From: a virus
Taxonomy: Duplodnaviria > Caudoviricetes
Length of the DNA: 61,423 nt
Strand: one strand, 5' to 3'
Virus record (IMG/VR): IMGVR_UViG_3300037423_001240
Coordinates: 1 to 61,423 of that record
Both the position numbers and the translations under genes were made by a program. Positions within the stretch are counted from its first letter, which is position 1. Each line of letters begins with the position of its first letter. The notes beneath the pieces were generated by a model, which did no database searches, was not told the origin of the DNA, and saw only the letters and a program-made list of their open reading frames with translations. Shown here one piece after another: positions 36,782 through 47,329 of the stretch.

Positions 36782-37915
36782 TCAGGCCGAACGGAAATGC
36801 AGCTGGCTCACGTAGACCGTGCCGGCGCTGTTGTTCCAGAGAGAGAGCTGCACTCGCGCGTGCTGGTTGAATCCGCCAGACGTCGATGAGCACGGGATCG
36901 GAACTGCGAGAGCTGCCCCGACTGAATCAACCGTCGTGCTCGTCCACGCGCCGCTCGAGTTCGCGAGCTTGAAGTCGTAGTTAGTCGTCGCGCCGCCGAT
37001 CGGTGTGACCGCAACGCGAATCCACACCTGCTGCGTCGTCGAAGTGCGGTAGCGCACCTTCAGATTGAACGTCTCGGCAACGCTCGTCCCGTAGAGCGCT
37101 CGCCCACGCAATTCGAAGGTGGGGTTTGCCGTGTAGCCGAACGGCCATGCCGTCGCCGCCGTCGCTGTCGTCTGCCACGCATTAGTTGTGTCTTCGGGCC
37201 GGCAGATCTGGAACTGTCGGTAGTGCTGGTCCCGCGCATAGAGGAGCTGCTGAATGAGACGGCGGTAGCCGATGCTCTGGCTCGTCTCGTGTCCGTCAAC
37301 AATGCGGTTGCGGTCGGTCGCGATGAGCCATCCGCCAGACGCGCCCATCTCCGTTGTCGGCGCTGTGTCCGGCGTGGTGTCGCTCAGTGGTACTTCGGTG
37401 ATGTTGATCGCGTAGAGGCCGCGGGAGATGTTTGCCGTACCGCTCGCGTCTTCAACCTTGATGTCGAAGTCGTAGGTCGAGCCGTTCGTGAGCTGGGAGA
37501 CGTCGACCGTGTTCACCGTTTGCGAGTAGTCTCGAAACGACGAGGTGTCGGTGACAATCCCGCCCGATGCGCCGTTCAGCACGAGCGAGGTGCCGCTCTC
37601 GACCCACGAAATGGACCCGCTCGAGATCGTGATCGTGGCGGTGAGTCGCGGGCGCGTACCGCTCGCCGCGATGTTCGGCTCCACTGTAATTCGCAGCGCC
37701 TTGATGCCGGGGCTCTTCGTAAACGCGATCTTCCAAGTATGCGTGCCGGAGATGCTCGGGAGCGCGGCGTCTTCGAAGATCGTGTGGCCTATGCCGCTGT
37801 TCAGGAAGAGCGTGTCGAAGTTGAGACGCTGCGGCGCCGTCGAGCTGACCGGTGCGCCAACGATCAGTCGACTCACGCTCGGCGTCTGTTCGTTCGACGG
37901 AACCGGCGTCGTCAT
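36782..37915 (-). CDS. Minor tail protein
   Basis: T/S/G-rich beta protein in the tail operon. Confidence 0.6.
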   Translation of the reverse strand: MTTPVPSNEQTPSVSRLIVGAPVSSTAPQRLNFDTLFLNSGIGHTIFEDAALPSISGTHTWKIAFTKSPGIKALRITVEPNIAASGTRPRLTATITISSGSISWVESGTSLVLNGASGGIVTDTSSFRDYSQTVNTVDVSQLTNGSTYDFDIKVEDASGTANISRGLYAINITEVPLSDTTPDTAPTTEMGASGGWLIATDRNRIVDGHETSQSIGYRRLIQQLLYARDQHYRQFQICRPEDTTNAWQTTATAATAWPFGYTANPTFELRGRALYGTSVAETFNLKVRYRTSTTQQVWIRVAVTPIGGATTNYDFKLANSSGAWTSTTVDSVGAALAVPIPCSSTSGGFNQHARVQLSLWNNSAGTVYVSQLHFRSA

Positions 37916-38619
37916 CGAGTCTCCAGAATCGAGTAGCCATTGATACTCGCGGTTCCCGCTCCGATCGCGCGGAAACCGACCCACAACCATGCGGCGCACA
38001 CGAGAGACATCGGCGAAACCGCCGACGTGTTCGCTTGGTTGCGCCACGACTGCCACGCCGATGCTGGCACTGGCACTTCTGGTGTGATGTCGATTGGCCA
38101 GATGCCGGTTGTGACGGCAGGTTCATTCCCGAACGCCAGGTACTCGCCGAGCATGAGCATGCGCGTTGACTCGGTTCGAGTGATCGCAACGTAGAGATCA
38201 AGCGTCACGCCAACCGACTTGCTCACGTCGATCGAGAAGCGAATCTTCCGCGGCACGAGCTGCCCGCCGTCGTTCTCTTCGTCGGACACCAGCTGAATCG
38301 GTCCGATCCGCACGGCCGTCCTTCGGTCCCATGGAATTTCGCCGACGGTCGTAGGCGCGGAATCCGCGCGTGGCGGGCCGAGTAGGCTCGCGTTGTCTGT
38401 GAATAGTTTCGACGAGTCGGTGAAGACCGTGATCGATCCGGGCCCAGGCTTCGCTGTGATCTGACGACAGCTCTCGCGGCACAGCCATGACGTGTTGCTG
38501 TCAAGGACGATCGCGGCGCCCGCATCGAGCGTGATGCCGTTTGCGCCGGGCGCGCCGGCCACCGGCGCGGGGATCTTCACGAAACGCGGGACGACGTACT
38601 GACCGACGTGTATCGCCAT
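37912..38619 (-). CDS. Minor tail protein
   Basis: Position in the tail operon. Confidence 0.55.
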   Translation of the reverse strand: MAIHVGQYVVPRFVKIPAPVAGAPGANGITLDAGAAIVLDSNTSWLCRESCRQITAKPGPGSITVFTDSSKLFTDNASLLGPPRADSAPTTVGEIPWDRRTAVRIGPIQLVSDEENDGGQLVPRKIRFSIDVSKSVGVTLDLYVAITRTESTRMLMLGEYLAFGNEPAVTTGIWPIDITPEVPVPASAWQSWRNQANTSAVSPMSLVCAAWLWVGFRAIGAGTASINGYSILETR

Positions 38620-38626
38620 GTTCTGC

Positions 38627-41254
38627 CTACGGCGCCCAGAAGTCGGCGGGGTCGGCGGAAGTGCCGATCACGTTCGCTGCGTAATCGCCGACCCACGCGT
38701 AGTCCGCCATGTTCTCGGTGATGGCGGTTCCGTCGTAGTAGTCATCGAAGACGAGGTGCCACCACTCGCCCACGCCGATCACCGTTGCTGGCGCGCTGTC
38801 GAGGGTGATGGTGTTCGTGGTGTCGTCAATGCCGATGATCTCGAAGCCCGCTTCTTCGTTCACCGTGTCGATGTCGATCTGCCGAAGCTTCACGCGGTCA
38901 CCGATCGCGAACTTCGTCACTCCGCCATCGTTTGCGGTGCTGTCGTACGCGGAGATGTTTGAGCCAGCGAAGTCGGTGATGTCCGACGTGCCGCCCGCGC
39001 CCGACCCGAGGAAGGCTGTCGAGATCGAGAGCGTCGCGCCTCCGATGCTTCCGACCCTACAACACGGCGCATACGCGCTCGCGTCAGGCCGTCCGTAGGC
39101 GAGCAGGTGCAACGTCATGACGGCGCCATGCTCTCCCTTCTCATCTGGCGACACATTGAGAGCCTTCCCGATGACCTGCCCTGTCTTTGACTCGGGGCCA
39201 CGCCCGCCTTCCTCGTCGGGCGTAAGCCAGTCGGTCACGGTCACGTAGTCGCCAACGAAGACCTCGAAGAACTTCTCGGCGGTGAGGTGCACAGTGCGCA
39301 CGAACGTCGGTCGCGACCACAGACCGAGAACTCGGTGAAGAACCTGTTGCGCGAGTTCGCGCGGGTCATCCGACACCGCCACGCCGTGTTCGTTCGGAGG
39401 GTAGTTCAGCTGGATAGGTCGCCGCTGCTTCCATTGCGACACGCTCAGCTTGTCGTTGACGATGTCGCGGAATCCCTTGCCGCTCACTTCGACGATGTTT
39501 GCGAGGCACGCATCGTTGCGCTTCCAGCCGCTCTTGCCGACTAGGCCAGCACTCTCGATTGTCGCGGCTACCCTCTCCGATCGGCGTGGCGGTGAGAACG
39601 CGAAGGGCGAGATGCGCCCGTTCTTCACCCCGAGACCCACGCCCGTGAACGCGAGCGAGTCGCAGAGAATGTCCGCGAACGTCTGCGACCCGTCGAGAAT
39701 CCACGTGCGTGCGGATGGCGCTGATCCCGATAGGAAGACAGCGTAGTCGCTGCGGCTCCACTCGTAGTTGCGCGGGTCGATGTCGCCAGCCACGGCGGTG
39801 TTGATCGCTGGCGAAACACTGGTGTCGCCGATCACGCCGTAGCGCAGACCGTGGAGCCAGTGCGTCGTTGCGATGCGGGCGGCTAGGCGCAGCGAGAGCG
39901 ACGTTTCGACGAACACGCCGGGCGTCGGATCTTCGAGTCCAGTTTCGGTCGAGACGACGCGCGCGCGCTCGACGGTGATGCTGGGCGGCGAGGAGCTGTG
40001 CCCGCTCGGCTCGATCACCGCGATCGCCTTCTCGCCGACGCCGCCCGCGAGTACGTAGCGGACTGTCGTCGTGTACGGCGCGTCAGAATGCGTGCTGACG
40101 CCCCACGAGGCCGGCATGCCGAACACTGTCGAGACGGGGATCGTGCCACCATCTCCGATGCCGATGAGCGTCGATGGCGCGTCCTCGAGGATCGCTTCGG
40201 CAAGTCGCGGGTTCGACGATTCCGACGAGACGCCCGTGACTGTGCTCTCGCCGACTGTAAGGTTGATCGTAAGTTGGCCACCGACGTTACCGGTTACGCG
40301 GAGGACGACACCGTTACCTTCCTGCCGAAGCGTCGCGTTCGCGTCGACACCGGCAGCCGTGAACGTGCCGTTGAGTTGTCGTTCCTGGATCGAGAGAATC
40401 TCGGCGAGGGACGACTGGAATCGATCCGGGTCTGCCGCCGTCATGAACGAACGGAGCCCCCACGGATCGCCGGGGTACCGCACGAGCGTTTGTACGCGGA
40501 GGCCGTCGAACCCTGTCACTCGGGTTGAGCTGAGCTGCATCCCGAGGCGGTTTTCTTTCTCGACGTTCCACGCGGCCTCGAGCGGAAGCTCCCACATCGC
40601 GCCCGATTCAGGCTGGTCGCCGTCGACTAGATTCGGACCGTCGCGAACGACGCCGATGCAGAGGAGCTTTGCGGCGTTCGAATTGTCGACGTACCAGAAC
40701 GTGACGCGGCGTCCTTCAAAACCCCCAGGAGGGAACGTCGACCACACCGTTGCCGTGAACGTTGTGTCGGCATCGACGATGTGCGTCGTTGCGAGCGACC
40801 CGTATTTGCCGCGCGTGATCGTGTCGAAGGTAGTCGCCGTCTTGCTCGCGTAGCCGATCGCCTCTTGGCCGATCCAGATCACGCCGCTCGACGGAAACCC
40901 GCTCGTGTCATCGACCGAAACCGATGCCGTCTCGGTCTCGTCTACAGGCGCCGTCAGAAACGTTTTCGTAATGCCGGTCGAAACGCGCGTGTCGAGGTAC
41001 GTGACCCACGGATGCCCCGACGCGATGCCCGACGAGGGACTAATGTCATGGAGGTGCAGCGTCGGGATCTCAAGCGTGACATCGCCGAAGATGGGCGCGC
41101 ACTGCTCTTCGATCGTGAATTCAGTACACTCCAGCGCGCCCGTGAAGAGCGTGAGATCGGATGGCCAGTCCGGGTCGGTCGACGTCGGCATCGACGTCAC
41201 GCCTCCGATACCAAGCAGATACGGCAGTCCGTTGATGATTGCAGCGAACTTCAC
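38627..41254 (-). CDS. Large tail tip/hub protein
   Basis: 875 aa, second gene after tape measure; TSGFPSSG.I.IG.E.I.Y..RG motif. Confidence 0.65.
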   Translation of the reverse strand: MKFAAIINGLPYLLGIGGVTSMPTSTDPDWPSDLTLFTGALECTEFTIEEQCAPIFGDVTLEIPTLHLHDISPSSGIASGHPWVTYLDTRVSTGITKTFLTAPVDETETASVSVDDTSGFPSSGVIWIGQEAIGYASKTATTFDTITRGKYGSLATTHIVDADTTFTATVWSTFPPGGFEGRRVTFWYVDNSNAAKLLCIGVVRDGPNLVDGDQPESGAMWELPLEAAWNVEKENRLGMQLSSTRVTGFDGLRVQTLVRYPGDPWGLRSFMTAADPDRFQSSLAEILSIQERQLNGTFTAAGVDANATLRQEGNGVVLRVTGNVGGQLTINLTVGESTVTGVSSESSNPRLAEAILEDAPSTLIGIGDGGTIPVSTVFGMPASWGVSTHSDAPYTTTVRYVLAGGVGEKAIAVIEPSGHSSSPPSITVERARVVSTETGLEDPTPGVFVETSLSLRLAARIATTHWLHGLRYGVIGDTSVSPAINTAVAGDIDPRNYEWSRSDYAVFLSGSAPSARTWILDGSQTFADILCDSLAFTGVGLGVKNGRISPFAFSPPRRSERVAATIESAGLVGKSGWKRNDACLANIVEVSGKGFRDIVNDKLSVSQWKQRRPIQLNYPPNEHGVAVSDDPRELAQQVLHRVLGLWSRPTFVRTVHLTAEKFFEVFVGDYVTVTDWLTPDEEGGRGPESKTGQVIGKALNVSPDEKGEHGAVMTLHLLAYGRPDASAYAPCCRVGSIGGATLSISTAFLGSGAGGTSDITDFAGSNISAYDSTANDGGVTKFAIGDRVKLRQIDIDTVNEEAGFEIIGIDDTTNTITLDSAPATVIGVGEWWHLVFDDYYDGTAITENMADYAWVGDYAANVIGTSADPADFWAP

Positions 41255-42195
41255 AAGCTCACCGCCGCGGTCTCATGCTGGATGGTCACGCCAGGCCAGT
41301 GGTCGAACGTGAGCAGGTTCGGAATCTCTGGCGCCTGAACGTTCTTCGCGGCGATCGTGGACGCGTCGACAATGACCTCGTCGTAGGTCGTAGTCGTGCC
41401 CGCGGTGACTTCGGGGAACGTGCCAAGCGATGCGCCGCAGATGTTAAGTCCATCAACCGACGAGTTCAGTCCGCAGATCGCGAAGAAGTCGACGAGGCCA
41501 AACGGGAGCGTCATGCCGGCTGTCGCGGTGCGCGTCTTCCACCGCGACGAGTCACCCCAGATCGGCGTGGCGCCACCGTCAGTCGACGACAGTCCCGCGC
41601 TCGTCCGGCTGCTCCATGTGTACGGATGCCACTTCGCGTCGAACGTGCGCGTGACGATCGCAGACGTGTCGCTCCAACCGTACGGGCGACCGCCGCGAGG
41701 GCGCGCGATCGCTACGAGCGGAGGATCGTTCTGCCATCCGGTGTCGTTCTCACGCGAGATGAAGTAGGCCGTGTGCGACGGGTGGTACGCGGCTGTCTGC
41801 GAGCTACCCATCGGCACGGACACATTCGCGGTGAAACCGAGCGTGTTCTCGAGAATCGATCCGGGCCACGTGATAGTTCCAGCGCGAACCACGCCGGAGT
41901 AGGCGAACACGACGAAGCCGGCAGCGTTGAGCGTGGCACTCCAGATTGCGCTTCCACCCGCATTCAGCTTGTTGGTGATGTGCGCGAGGATGTTCTTCGG
42001 CGATCCCGGCGTGGTGCTCGGCGTGCCGGGACTCGCACTGCTCGCGAGCTTGATCCTCCAGTAGGTATCGGTGCTGAGCGTCGCGATCGTGACGCTGCGT
42101 CCGATCCCTTGATCGTCCGTCACGGTGAGCACGACGGAGGTCGCCAACTTGAACGTCGCCGCGATCATCGACGTAATGGGGATTGCAGCTGCCAC
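41251..42195 (-). CDS. Distal tail (Dit-position) protein
   Basis: First tail gene after tape measure. Confidence 0.55.
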   Translation of the reverse strand: MAAAIPITSMIAATFKLATSVVLTVTDDQGIGRSVTIATLSTDTYWRIKLASSASPGTPSTTPGSPKNILAHITNKLNAGGSAIWSATLNAAGFVVFAYSGVVRAGTITWPGSILENTLGFTANVSVPMGSSQTAAYHPSHTAYFISRENDTGWQNDPPLVAIARPRGGRPYGWSDTSAIVTRTFDAKWHPYTWSSRTSAGLSSTDGGATPIWGDSSRWKTRTATAGMTLPFGLVDFFAICGLNSSVDGLNICGASLGTFPEVTAGTTTTYDEVIVDASTIAAKNVQAPEIPNLLTFDHWPGVTIQHETAAVSL

Positions 42196-42216
42196 GTTGT
42201 GCTACCGTGTCGGGTT

Positions 42217-42585
42217 ATGAAGTGGACTGGATTGGTGATTGCCGTGATTGCCGCTGCCGGATGTGCCTCACCGGAGCAGCAGGTGTGCATGCGGCTCGTC
42301 GGCGGAGATCTGACCGGATCGCCAACCGGGTACGCGTGCCACGTCAGCAGCGGCGACTGCGTAACCTCGCTGCTCCGCCCTCACATCACCTGCGTTGATC
42401 CGAACGGCGGGTCACAGATTGGTGTGTGCGCGGCGCCCTGCTCTGACATGTGCGGCGCCGACGAGGTATGCGTGCGCGACTCGTGCTTCAAAACGTGCCC
42501 TACGGCCGGCCAGTCCTGCGGCGCGAGCGGCGCAACGTGCACAATGCTTGACGGCAGCGTGGTCTGTCTCCAGCCGCGCTGCTAG
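42217..42585 (+). CDS. Cys-rich lipoprotein (moron), antisense to the tail operon
   Basis: MKWTGLVIAVIAAAGC signal/lipobox and many Cys; fills the gap exactly. Confidence 0.8.
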   Translation: MKWTGLVIAVIAAAGCASPEQQVCMRLVGGDLTGSPTGYACHVSSGDCVTSLLRPHITCVDPNGGSQIGVCAAPCSDMCGADEVCVRDSCFKTCPTAGQSCGASGATCTMLDGSVVCLQPRC

Positions 42586-44679
42586 CTACGCGGCTCGTCG
42601 CCGGTTGCTCACCATCGTGCGTCCGCGCATCCCGAACCGATCGAGTGCGTTCGCGACACCGTTCTGCGCTTGACGCTGCGTCATCGCGAGCCCTGTGATG
42701 TTGATGACGTTCGTGACCGAACCGCCCGTCGCATTATCGTTCGACGGGCCAGTGCCCGCCGAGTGACCCGTAGAATTCGCGAAGCCGCCGCCCGCCGCTC
42801 CGGCCGGATGCGGAGTCGTGAGTGCTGCGCCCACGCCCGTCGCCACGGCAACGCCCGCGTACATCGCAGCAGCCGTCGCGAACTGGCCAGCCTGCGCGTA
42901 CTGTTGTGAGGCTAGCGCTGCTACTGCCTTTGCTCCATTGAACAGCGCTTGGATTGTCGACTCCTCCGCGATGCTCAACAGCGCTTCGTGGAGCATCCCA
43001 CCGAATGCAGCTGCCGCGTCTTCTTTGCCTTCGATGAGTGCTCCAAGATGACTCTTGAAGCTCCCTGTCATCGCGCCCCACGCCTGCCCGACGATGGACG
43101 CCGTGGTCTGCGCGGTGGTCTGGATGTTCTCGGCGGTTGCGCCGAAGGTCTGGGCGAACTGCTCCGAGTAGGAGGAGGCGCGGCGCATCGATTCGAGCTG
43201 GTCGGATTCGACGCCGTAGTTGTTCGTCGCCTCGTAGTCTCCCGACGTAAACCCTCGACGTCCGGCCTGTCCCTGAATGCGCTCCTGATTGCGCTTCAGC
43301 GCTTCGCCGATCTCCTGCTCGCGAATACGCTTCTCCTCGAGGAGGGCGGTGTTCAGCGCGAGTTGGTGATTGCGGATCGACTGCGTGATCTCAACTTCTT
43401 CGCGTGCATGCGCGAGAGCGCCTTCGGCGTGGTTTTGATACCGCTGCCAGAAGTGCTCTTCTGTCTCACCGCGTACGCGTTGGATCTGGTCCCACGTGCC
43501 ACCGAGACGCTGAATCTCGTTGATTGCGTTGGCAGTATCGCGCTTGAGGTCTTCGATTGAGTGACTGTTGCCACCGCCGCTACTCCCGTACGTAGACCGT
43601 TCCGTCGCCGTGCTAGGACCGCTTGGCGTTTGAGCCATGGCCGCGCTGTCACGCGCGTTGAGCGCATCGCGGTTCGACTGACCGACACCCATCGCGCGCC
43701 GCGCGCCCTCGATGTCGCCATGCTCGACGTACCACGCGACTTGGTGCATGTCGTGAGACGACAGCCGTCCGAGGTCGTTCTGCGAGAAGTAGCGCGTCGC
43801 GCCCGCAGCGTTGAGTCGATTGCGTGCCGACTCAATGCTTGCTTGGTTCTCGTGCCCGATGCGCCCGACGGTGTTCGTCTGACCGCTGAGCGAGATCGTT
43901 CCAGAGAGGATGTCGTTGACGCCCTGGATCGCCGTTTGGAGCTGGAGCCACTGCGCGATGCGGCCGATGATGCCGTCCTGCATCTGCTGCCAGTTCCGGC
44001 GCAGGATGTCGGCGGACTCCGCCATGCGCTGCTCAGAGGTGCCAGCGCGCTCCAACTGATCCCGCATCTGCGAGACGGTCTGACGGAACGCGTCGCCACG
44101 CGTGCGTGCGTTGTGCAGGTGGACGTCGTATCGCTGAAGACCCTCCTGGCTCAGACCGCGCAGCGTCTCTGTGACCTGCTCCAACGACTGGTTAAGGTCG
44201 GTGCCGTTGGCGATCGCGTACTCACGCGCGCGGGCAGTGATCGTCGCAAGCTGGTCACCGGTTACCCGATACCCCGCCTGCGTGAGAGATTGCTGAACGC
44301 GCACCGCCTGTTCGGCAGTGACCGCGCCGCGCGTTCGTTCCTCTACGAGTGACCACGCGCCGCCGAGATTGTTGAGCGCCGTTGTGTGTCGCTCGATGCG
44401 GGACGTCGACTCGACCATGTGCGAGAAGACGTTGTCGGCAACCGCTTCGACCTCTCGCAGTCGCTGGTAGTACTTCTCAACGGTCTTGTTGAGGGTGTCG
44501 AAGCCGGCCTTCAGCGCGCCGATGGCCGTCGTGTGCTTCTGGGTCGAGAGATGGTTCTGGACGTTGGCGCTATCGACCGTGCTCGCGAGTCGTGTCGCTG
44601 CGTCTGCGAGTTCGCGCAGGCCACGAATCGCTTCGTCGGTCCTGATACTCGCTTCGCCGTCGATCAGCTTCTCAGTCAT
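42586..44679 (-). CDS. Tail tape measure protein
   Basis: Long A/Q-rich helical protein after the tail chaperones. Confidence 0.8.
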   Translation of the reverse strand: MTEKLIDGEASIRTDEAIRGLRELADAATRLASTVDSANVQNHLSTQKHTTAIGALKAGFDTLNKTVEKYYQRLREVEAVADNVFSHMVESTSRIERHTTALNNLGGAWSLVEERTRGAVTAEQAVRVQQSLTQAGYRVTGDQLATITARAREYAIANGTDLNQSLEQVTETLRGLSQEGLQRYDVHLHNARTRGDAFRQTVSQMRDQLERAGTSEQRMAESADILRRNWQQMQDGIIGRIAQWLQLQTAIQGVNDILSGTISLSGQTNTVGRIGHENQASIESARNRLNAAGATRYFSQNDLGRLSSHDMHQVAWYVEHGDIEGARRAMGVGQSNRDALNARDSAAMAQTPSGPSTATERSTYGSSGGGNSHSIEDLKRDTANAINEIQRLGGTWDQIQRVRGETEEHFWQRYQNHAEGALAHAREEVEITQSIRNHQLALNTALLEEKRIREQEIGEALKRNQERIQGQAGRRGFTSGDYEATNNYGVESDQLESMRRASSYSEQFAQTFGATAENIQTTAQTTASIVGQAWGAMTGSFKSHLGALIEGKEDAAAAFGGMLHEALLSIAEESTIQALFNGAKAVAALASQQYAQAGQFATAAAMYAGVAVATGVGAALTTPHPAGAAGGGFANSTGHSAGTGPSNDNATGGSVTNVINITGLAMTQRQAQNGVANALDRFGMRGRTMVSNRRRAA

Positions 44680-44688
44680 CGTGCCATC

Positions 44689-45201
44689 TCACCCGAGCGA
44701 GCCGACTCGCTTGGAAATGTCTGCGTGCCTCGACTCGCGTGCGTCCGCGTCGGCCTTCGCCTCGCGCTCGTCGCTCTCGAACTGCATCCGCGCGCCGTAC
44801 CCGACATCGATCGCTTCCATGCAGTCGACTTGGATCGCATCGAGGTTCGGATTCGTGAGCGGTAGAACGTGCTGGTCACGACGCGCACGGAGCACCGCTA
44901 CGTCAACGACGTGCGGGAGGCGCGTGTAGAAGAGCGGGCATGCACACAGACCCTTCGCGTCGGTCAGTTTCTCGACGCGATCGATCGTCGTGCGGCACGC
45001 GGGCGGCAGATGGTCCTTCGTCTCGCGGAGCGGATGCCCCCGACGAGGGCAGCGCCACATCTCCGCGAAGCCATCGCCTCGCCGCTCCGTCTCGGGGTCT
45101 TCCGCCTTGCGCCCCTTCTCCGCCATCTGGCAGCCACAGGGCGCATCACGGAGCGCCTTCTTCAGCGCGCGAGACCCGTTCCAGCCCACAAGAAGAAAGG
45201 G
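44689..45201 (-). CDS. Tail assembly chaperone extension (gpGT-like), reached by -1 frameshift
   Basis: Open -1 frame overlapping the chaperone 3' end and running up to tape measure. Confidence 0.7.
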   Translation of the reverse strand, partial: PFLLVGWNGSRALKKALRDAPCGCQMAEKGRKAEDPETERRGDGFAEMWRCPRRGHPLRETKDHLPPACRTTIDRVEKLTDAKGLCACPLFYTRLPHVVDVAVLRARRDQHVLPLTNPNLDAIQVDCMEAIDVGYGARMQFESDEREAKADADARESRHADISKRVGSLG

Positions 45202-45644
45202 CCTGCCGCACCAGCCTTCAGCTTGGCTCGCTGGTAGATCACGTGACCCACTTCGTAGATAGCAGGCACACCGAACTCGTCGGCGACCTTCTCGATCCAC
45301 TCTCCGCCCGCGACCTTCGTCCCGTTCGGCATGGTCGTGATGTCGGCGGCGTCAGGCTTGAGTGAGTTGCCGTCGCCCTTGTCGATCTCGTGACACGCCC
45401 ATGCGAATGCTACTTCGCACTTCACGACGTGCGTACTGCACGTGTCGATGTTCTCGATGAAGGGGACGCGCTTGATCGGAGAGATGTTGAAGCGAGGAGC
45501 GCGCATCCCGGGCTTCTCTTTGATGAGTGCGGGGTCGCGTGTCTCGGCGTACTTCGCGAAGTCCATCGACGGATCGAGTGCCTCGCTGCGCGAGTCCGGG
45601 GCGACGAGAACGATGGAGAGCGGGCCGGTCGGGGCGACGGTCAT
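45162..45644 (-). CDS. Tail assembly chaperone (gpG-like)
   Basis: Between tail tube and tape measure; slippery site near 3' end; alternative TTG start at 45710. Confidence 0.7.
   Translation of the reverse strand: MTVAPTGPLSIVLVAPDSRSEALDPSMDFAKYAETRDPALIKEKPGMRAPRFNISPIKRVPFIENIDTCSTHVVKCEVAFAWACHEIDKGDGNSLKPDAADITTMPNGTKVAGGEWIEKVADEFGVPAIYEVGHVIYQRAKLKAGAAGPFFLWAGTGLAR
45195..45201 (-). other. -1 ribosomal frameshift heptamer C CCU UUC
   Basis: X XXY YYZ in register (GGC CCT TTC to CCC TTT CTT). Confidence 0.75.
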
Positions 45645-45730
45645 GATGTGGCTTCGAACTTTCCCGGCGCGTTCAATTCGTCGCGCCGCACGACGTTTGG
45701 CGGCGTTCAATCGCGCCGCGCGATGATGGC

Positions 45731-47023
45731 TCAGAGGAAGATCAGACGAGCGGGTCCGAACCCGAGGTCAGTGCTCGCGCTCGTAACGTTCGCGTCCTCG
45801 AGTGACTCGTAGGTGCGAACCATGCGCTCGACGCCTTCCTCGCTGATCATCTGCGGCTCGGCACTTTGGTACGCGTTCGGCAGTTCCCACCCGACGTAGC
45901 GCGCAGTGAGTCCGGTTCCGATCTGTGCGAGTTGAACCAGACAGACACTCGTTTGCGCATCGAACTCGGTCCACGCGGCAGGGTCGAAGCGGTGTTTCAC
46001 TGTCGCAGTTGCGAACGGACGCACTGGCACACGGAGCACGCCGGTGACGGTCTCGACGCCGTTGGTGCCGGGCGTATTCGCGCCGTGATTCTTCACCTGC
46101 ATCATGCCGCCAGCGAACTCGACGCCAGCCTCTACGAGCGGGTAGTTCACGCTGGTCGTCGTCGTGAATGGCTGAAGCAACGTAATGACGCTGACGAGCG
46201 GCACCTGCGCCGCGCTCATCGTCTCGCCCGCATACGCAGTGCTGAGGCCGAGTACGCCGCGCTCGTAGGTCGCCGCCTTGAGACTCGCGCTGAACTTCAT
46301 CAGCTCGCCGCGCTTCCAATCGACCTTCAGGTCTCCTGTGACGCCACGCGCCTGCCACTGCGCGTCAGAGAGCCCGCTGATCCCAACGCTCTTCGCATGC
46401 GCGATCTCGAGCGAGTAGCTGTGCGTTTGTGACGGCGCGATCGTCACGCCGTTGCCTACGAGGTAGCCTGCGGTCGGCGTGCTCGTGAAGTTCGGCCAGA
46501 CGCTCAACGTGTCGGTGACGATGTTCGTGATGCGTACCGGCTGCGTCTGCGCCGCGCCGATCTGCACCGCGATCCACTGGCCCTTCTTGAATCGCGTCGC
46601 ACCGTGGCCGGCCGTCACCGTCACAGAACTCGACGTCGCGGACACAACCGTGCTGCCCTGCGCGATCCAGAAGTTCTCGCCGATGGAGTTGCCCCACAGC
46701 CCGAGGATCAGGCTCATGAGGTACTGACCGGTGGTGTCTGCGACAGCACTCGGGCCGAGCAACTGCGTGAGCGCGGCCTTTGCGGCGAACTCCAGTTCCA
46801 GCGTCGCGTCGGTGCTCTTGAGGCCCTGGATATTCTTGATGTGCGCGAACCCGCGAGTGCGCTCGTCGCGGACGGCAAGCTGATCGCGCTTGAACCCCGG
46901 CTTGACTGACCCGCCGAGCGGGACCGCGCGCTCAAGGCTTACACCAGCGCCAGCACCAAACGCAGATTCGATGCCGAGGTACGTCGAGCCCTGCTCGCTG
47001 ATAATGTCGACTTGTCCAGACAT
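45731..47023 (-). CDS. Major tail tube protein
   Basis: YLGIESAFG N-terminus, T/S-rich; position before chaperones. Confidence 0.7.
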   Translation of the reverse strand: MSGQVDIISEQGSTYLGIESAFGAGAGVSLERAVPLGGSVKPGFKRDQLAVRDERTRGFAHIKNIQGLKSTDATLELEFAAKAALTQLLGPSAVADTTGQYLMSLILGLWGNSIGENFWIAQGSTVVSATSSSVTVTAGHGATRFKKGQWIAVQIGAAQTQPVRITNIVTDTLSVWPNFTSTPTAGYLVGNGVTIAPSQTHSYSLEIAHAKSVGISGLSDAQWQARGVTGDLKVDWKRGELMKFSASLKAATYERGVLGLSTAYAGETMSAAQVPLVSVITLLQPFTTTTSVNYPLVEAGVEFAGGMMQVKNHGANTPGTNGVETVTGVLRVPVRPFATATVKHRFDPAAWTEFDAQTSVCLVQLAQIGTGLTARYVGWELPNAYQSAEPQMISEEGVERMVRTYESLEDANVTSASTDLGFGPARLIFL

Positions 47024-47095
47024 GATGGGTCCGTAAGCGGAGGCGGAGCCTCGCTGGGGAATGGGCCTGCTGTATTGACGGGGATGCCGCGCGTC

Positions 47096-47329
47096 TCAGT
47101 TCGGCGCGGTGTCGTTGGCTGCTGCGGCGCGCACGATGCGATCGTTCGCGGCGAAGTCGTCGGACTCGGCGCGGAGATGCACGTGAACGCGCACGAGAGC
47201 GCTCTGGAGGACACGTCGCGGCGTCGGCGGTAGCGCCTGCGCGAGCGACGCGATGGCGCTCCATACGTGATGCGCAGCAACGAGGAGCGCGCGACGGCGC
47301 TCGTGCGGGATGTGTGATGTCGAAGTCAC
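47096..47329 (-). CDS. Hypothetical protein
   Basis: GTGA-coupled; RBS GGAGG. Confidence 0.45.
   Translation of the reverse strand: MTSTSHIPHERRRALLVAAHHVWSAIASLAQALPPTPRRVLQSALVRVHVHLRAESDDFAANDRIVRAAAANDTAPN

Noticed and set aside
35019-41254. Diversity-generating retroelement or invertible tail fibre cassette
   Set aside because: No reverse transcriptase, serine invertase or TR/VR repeat pair was recognised.
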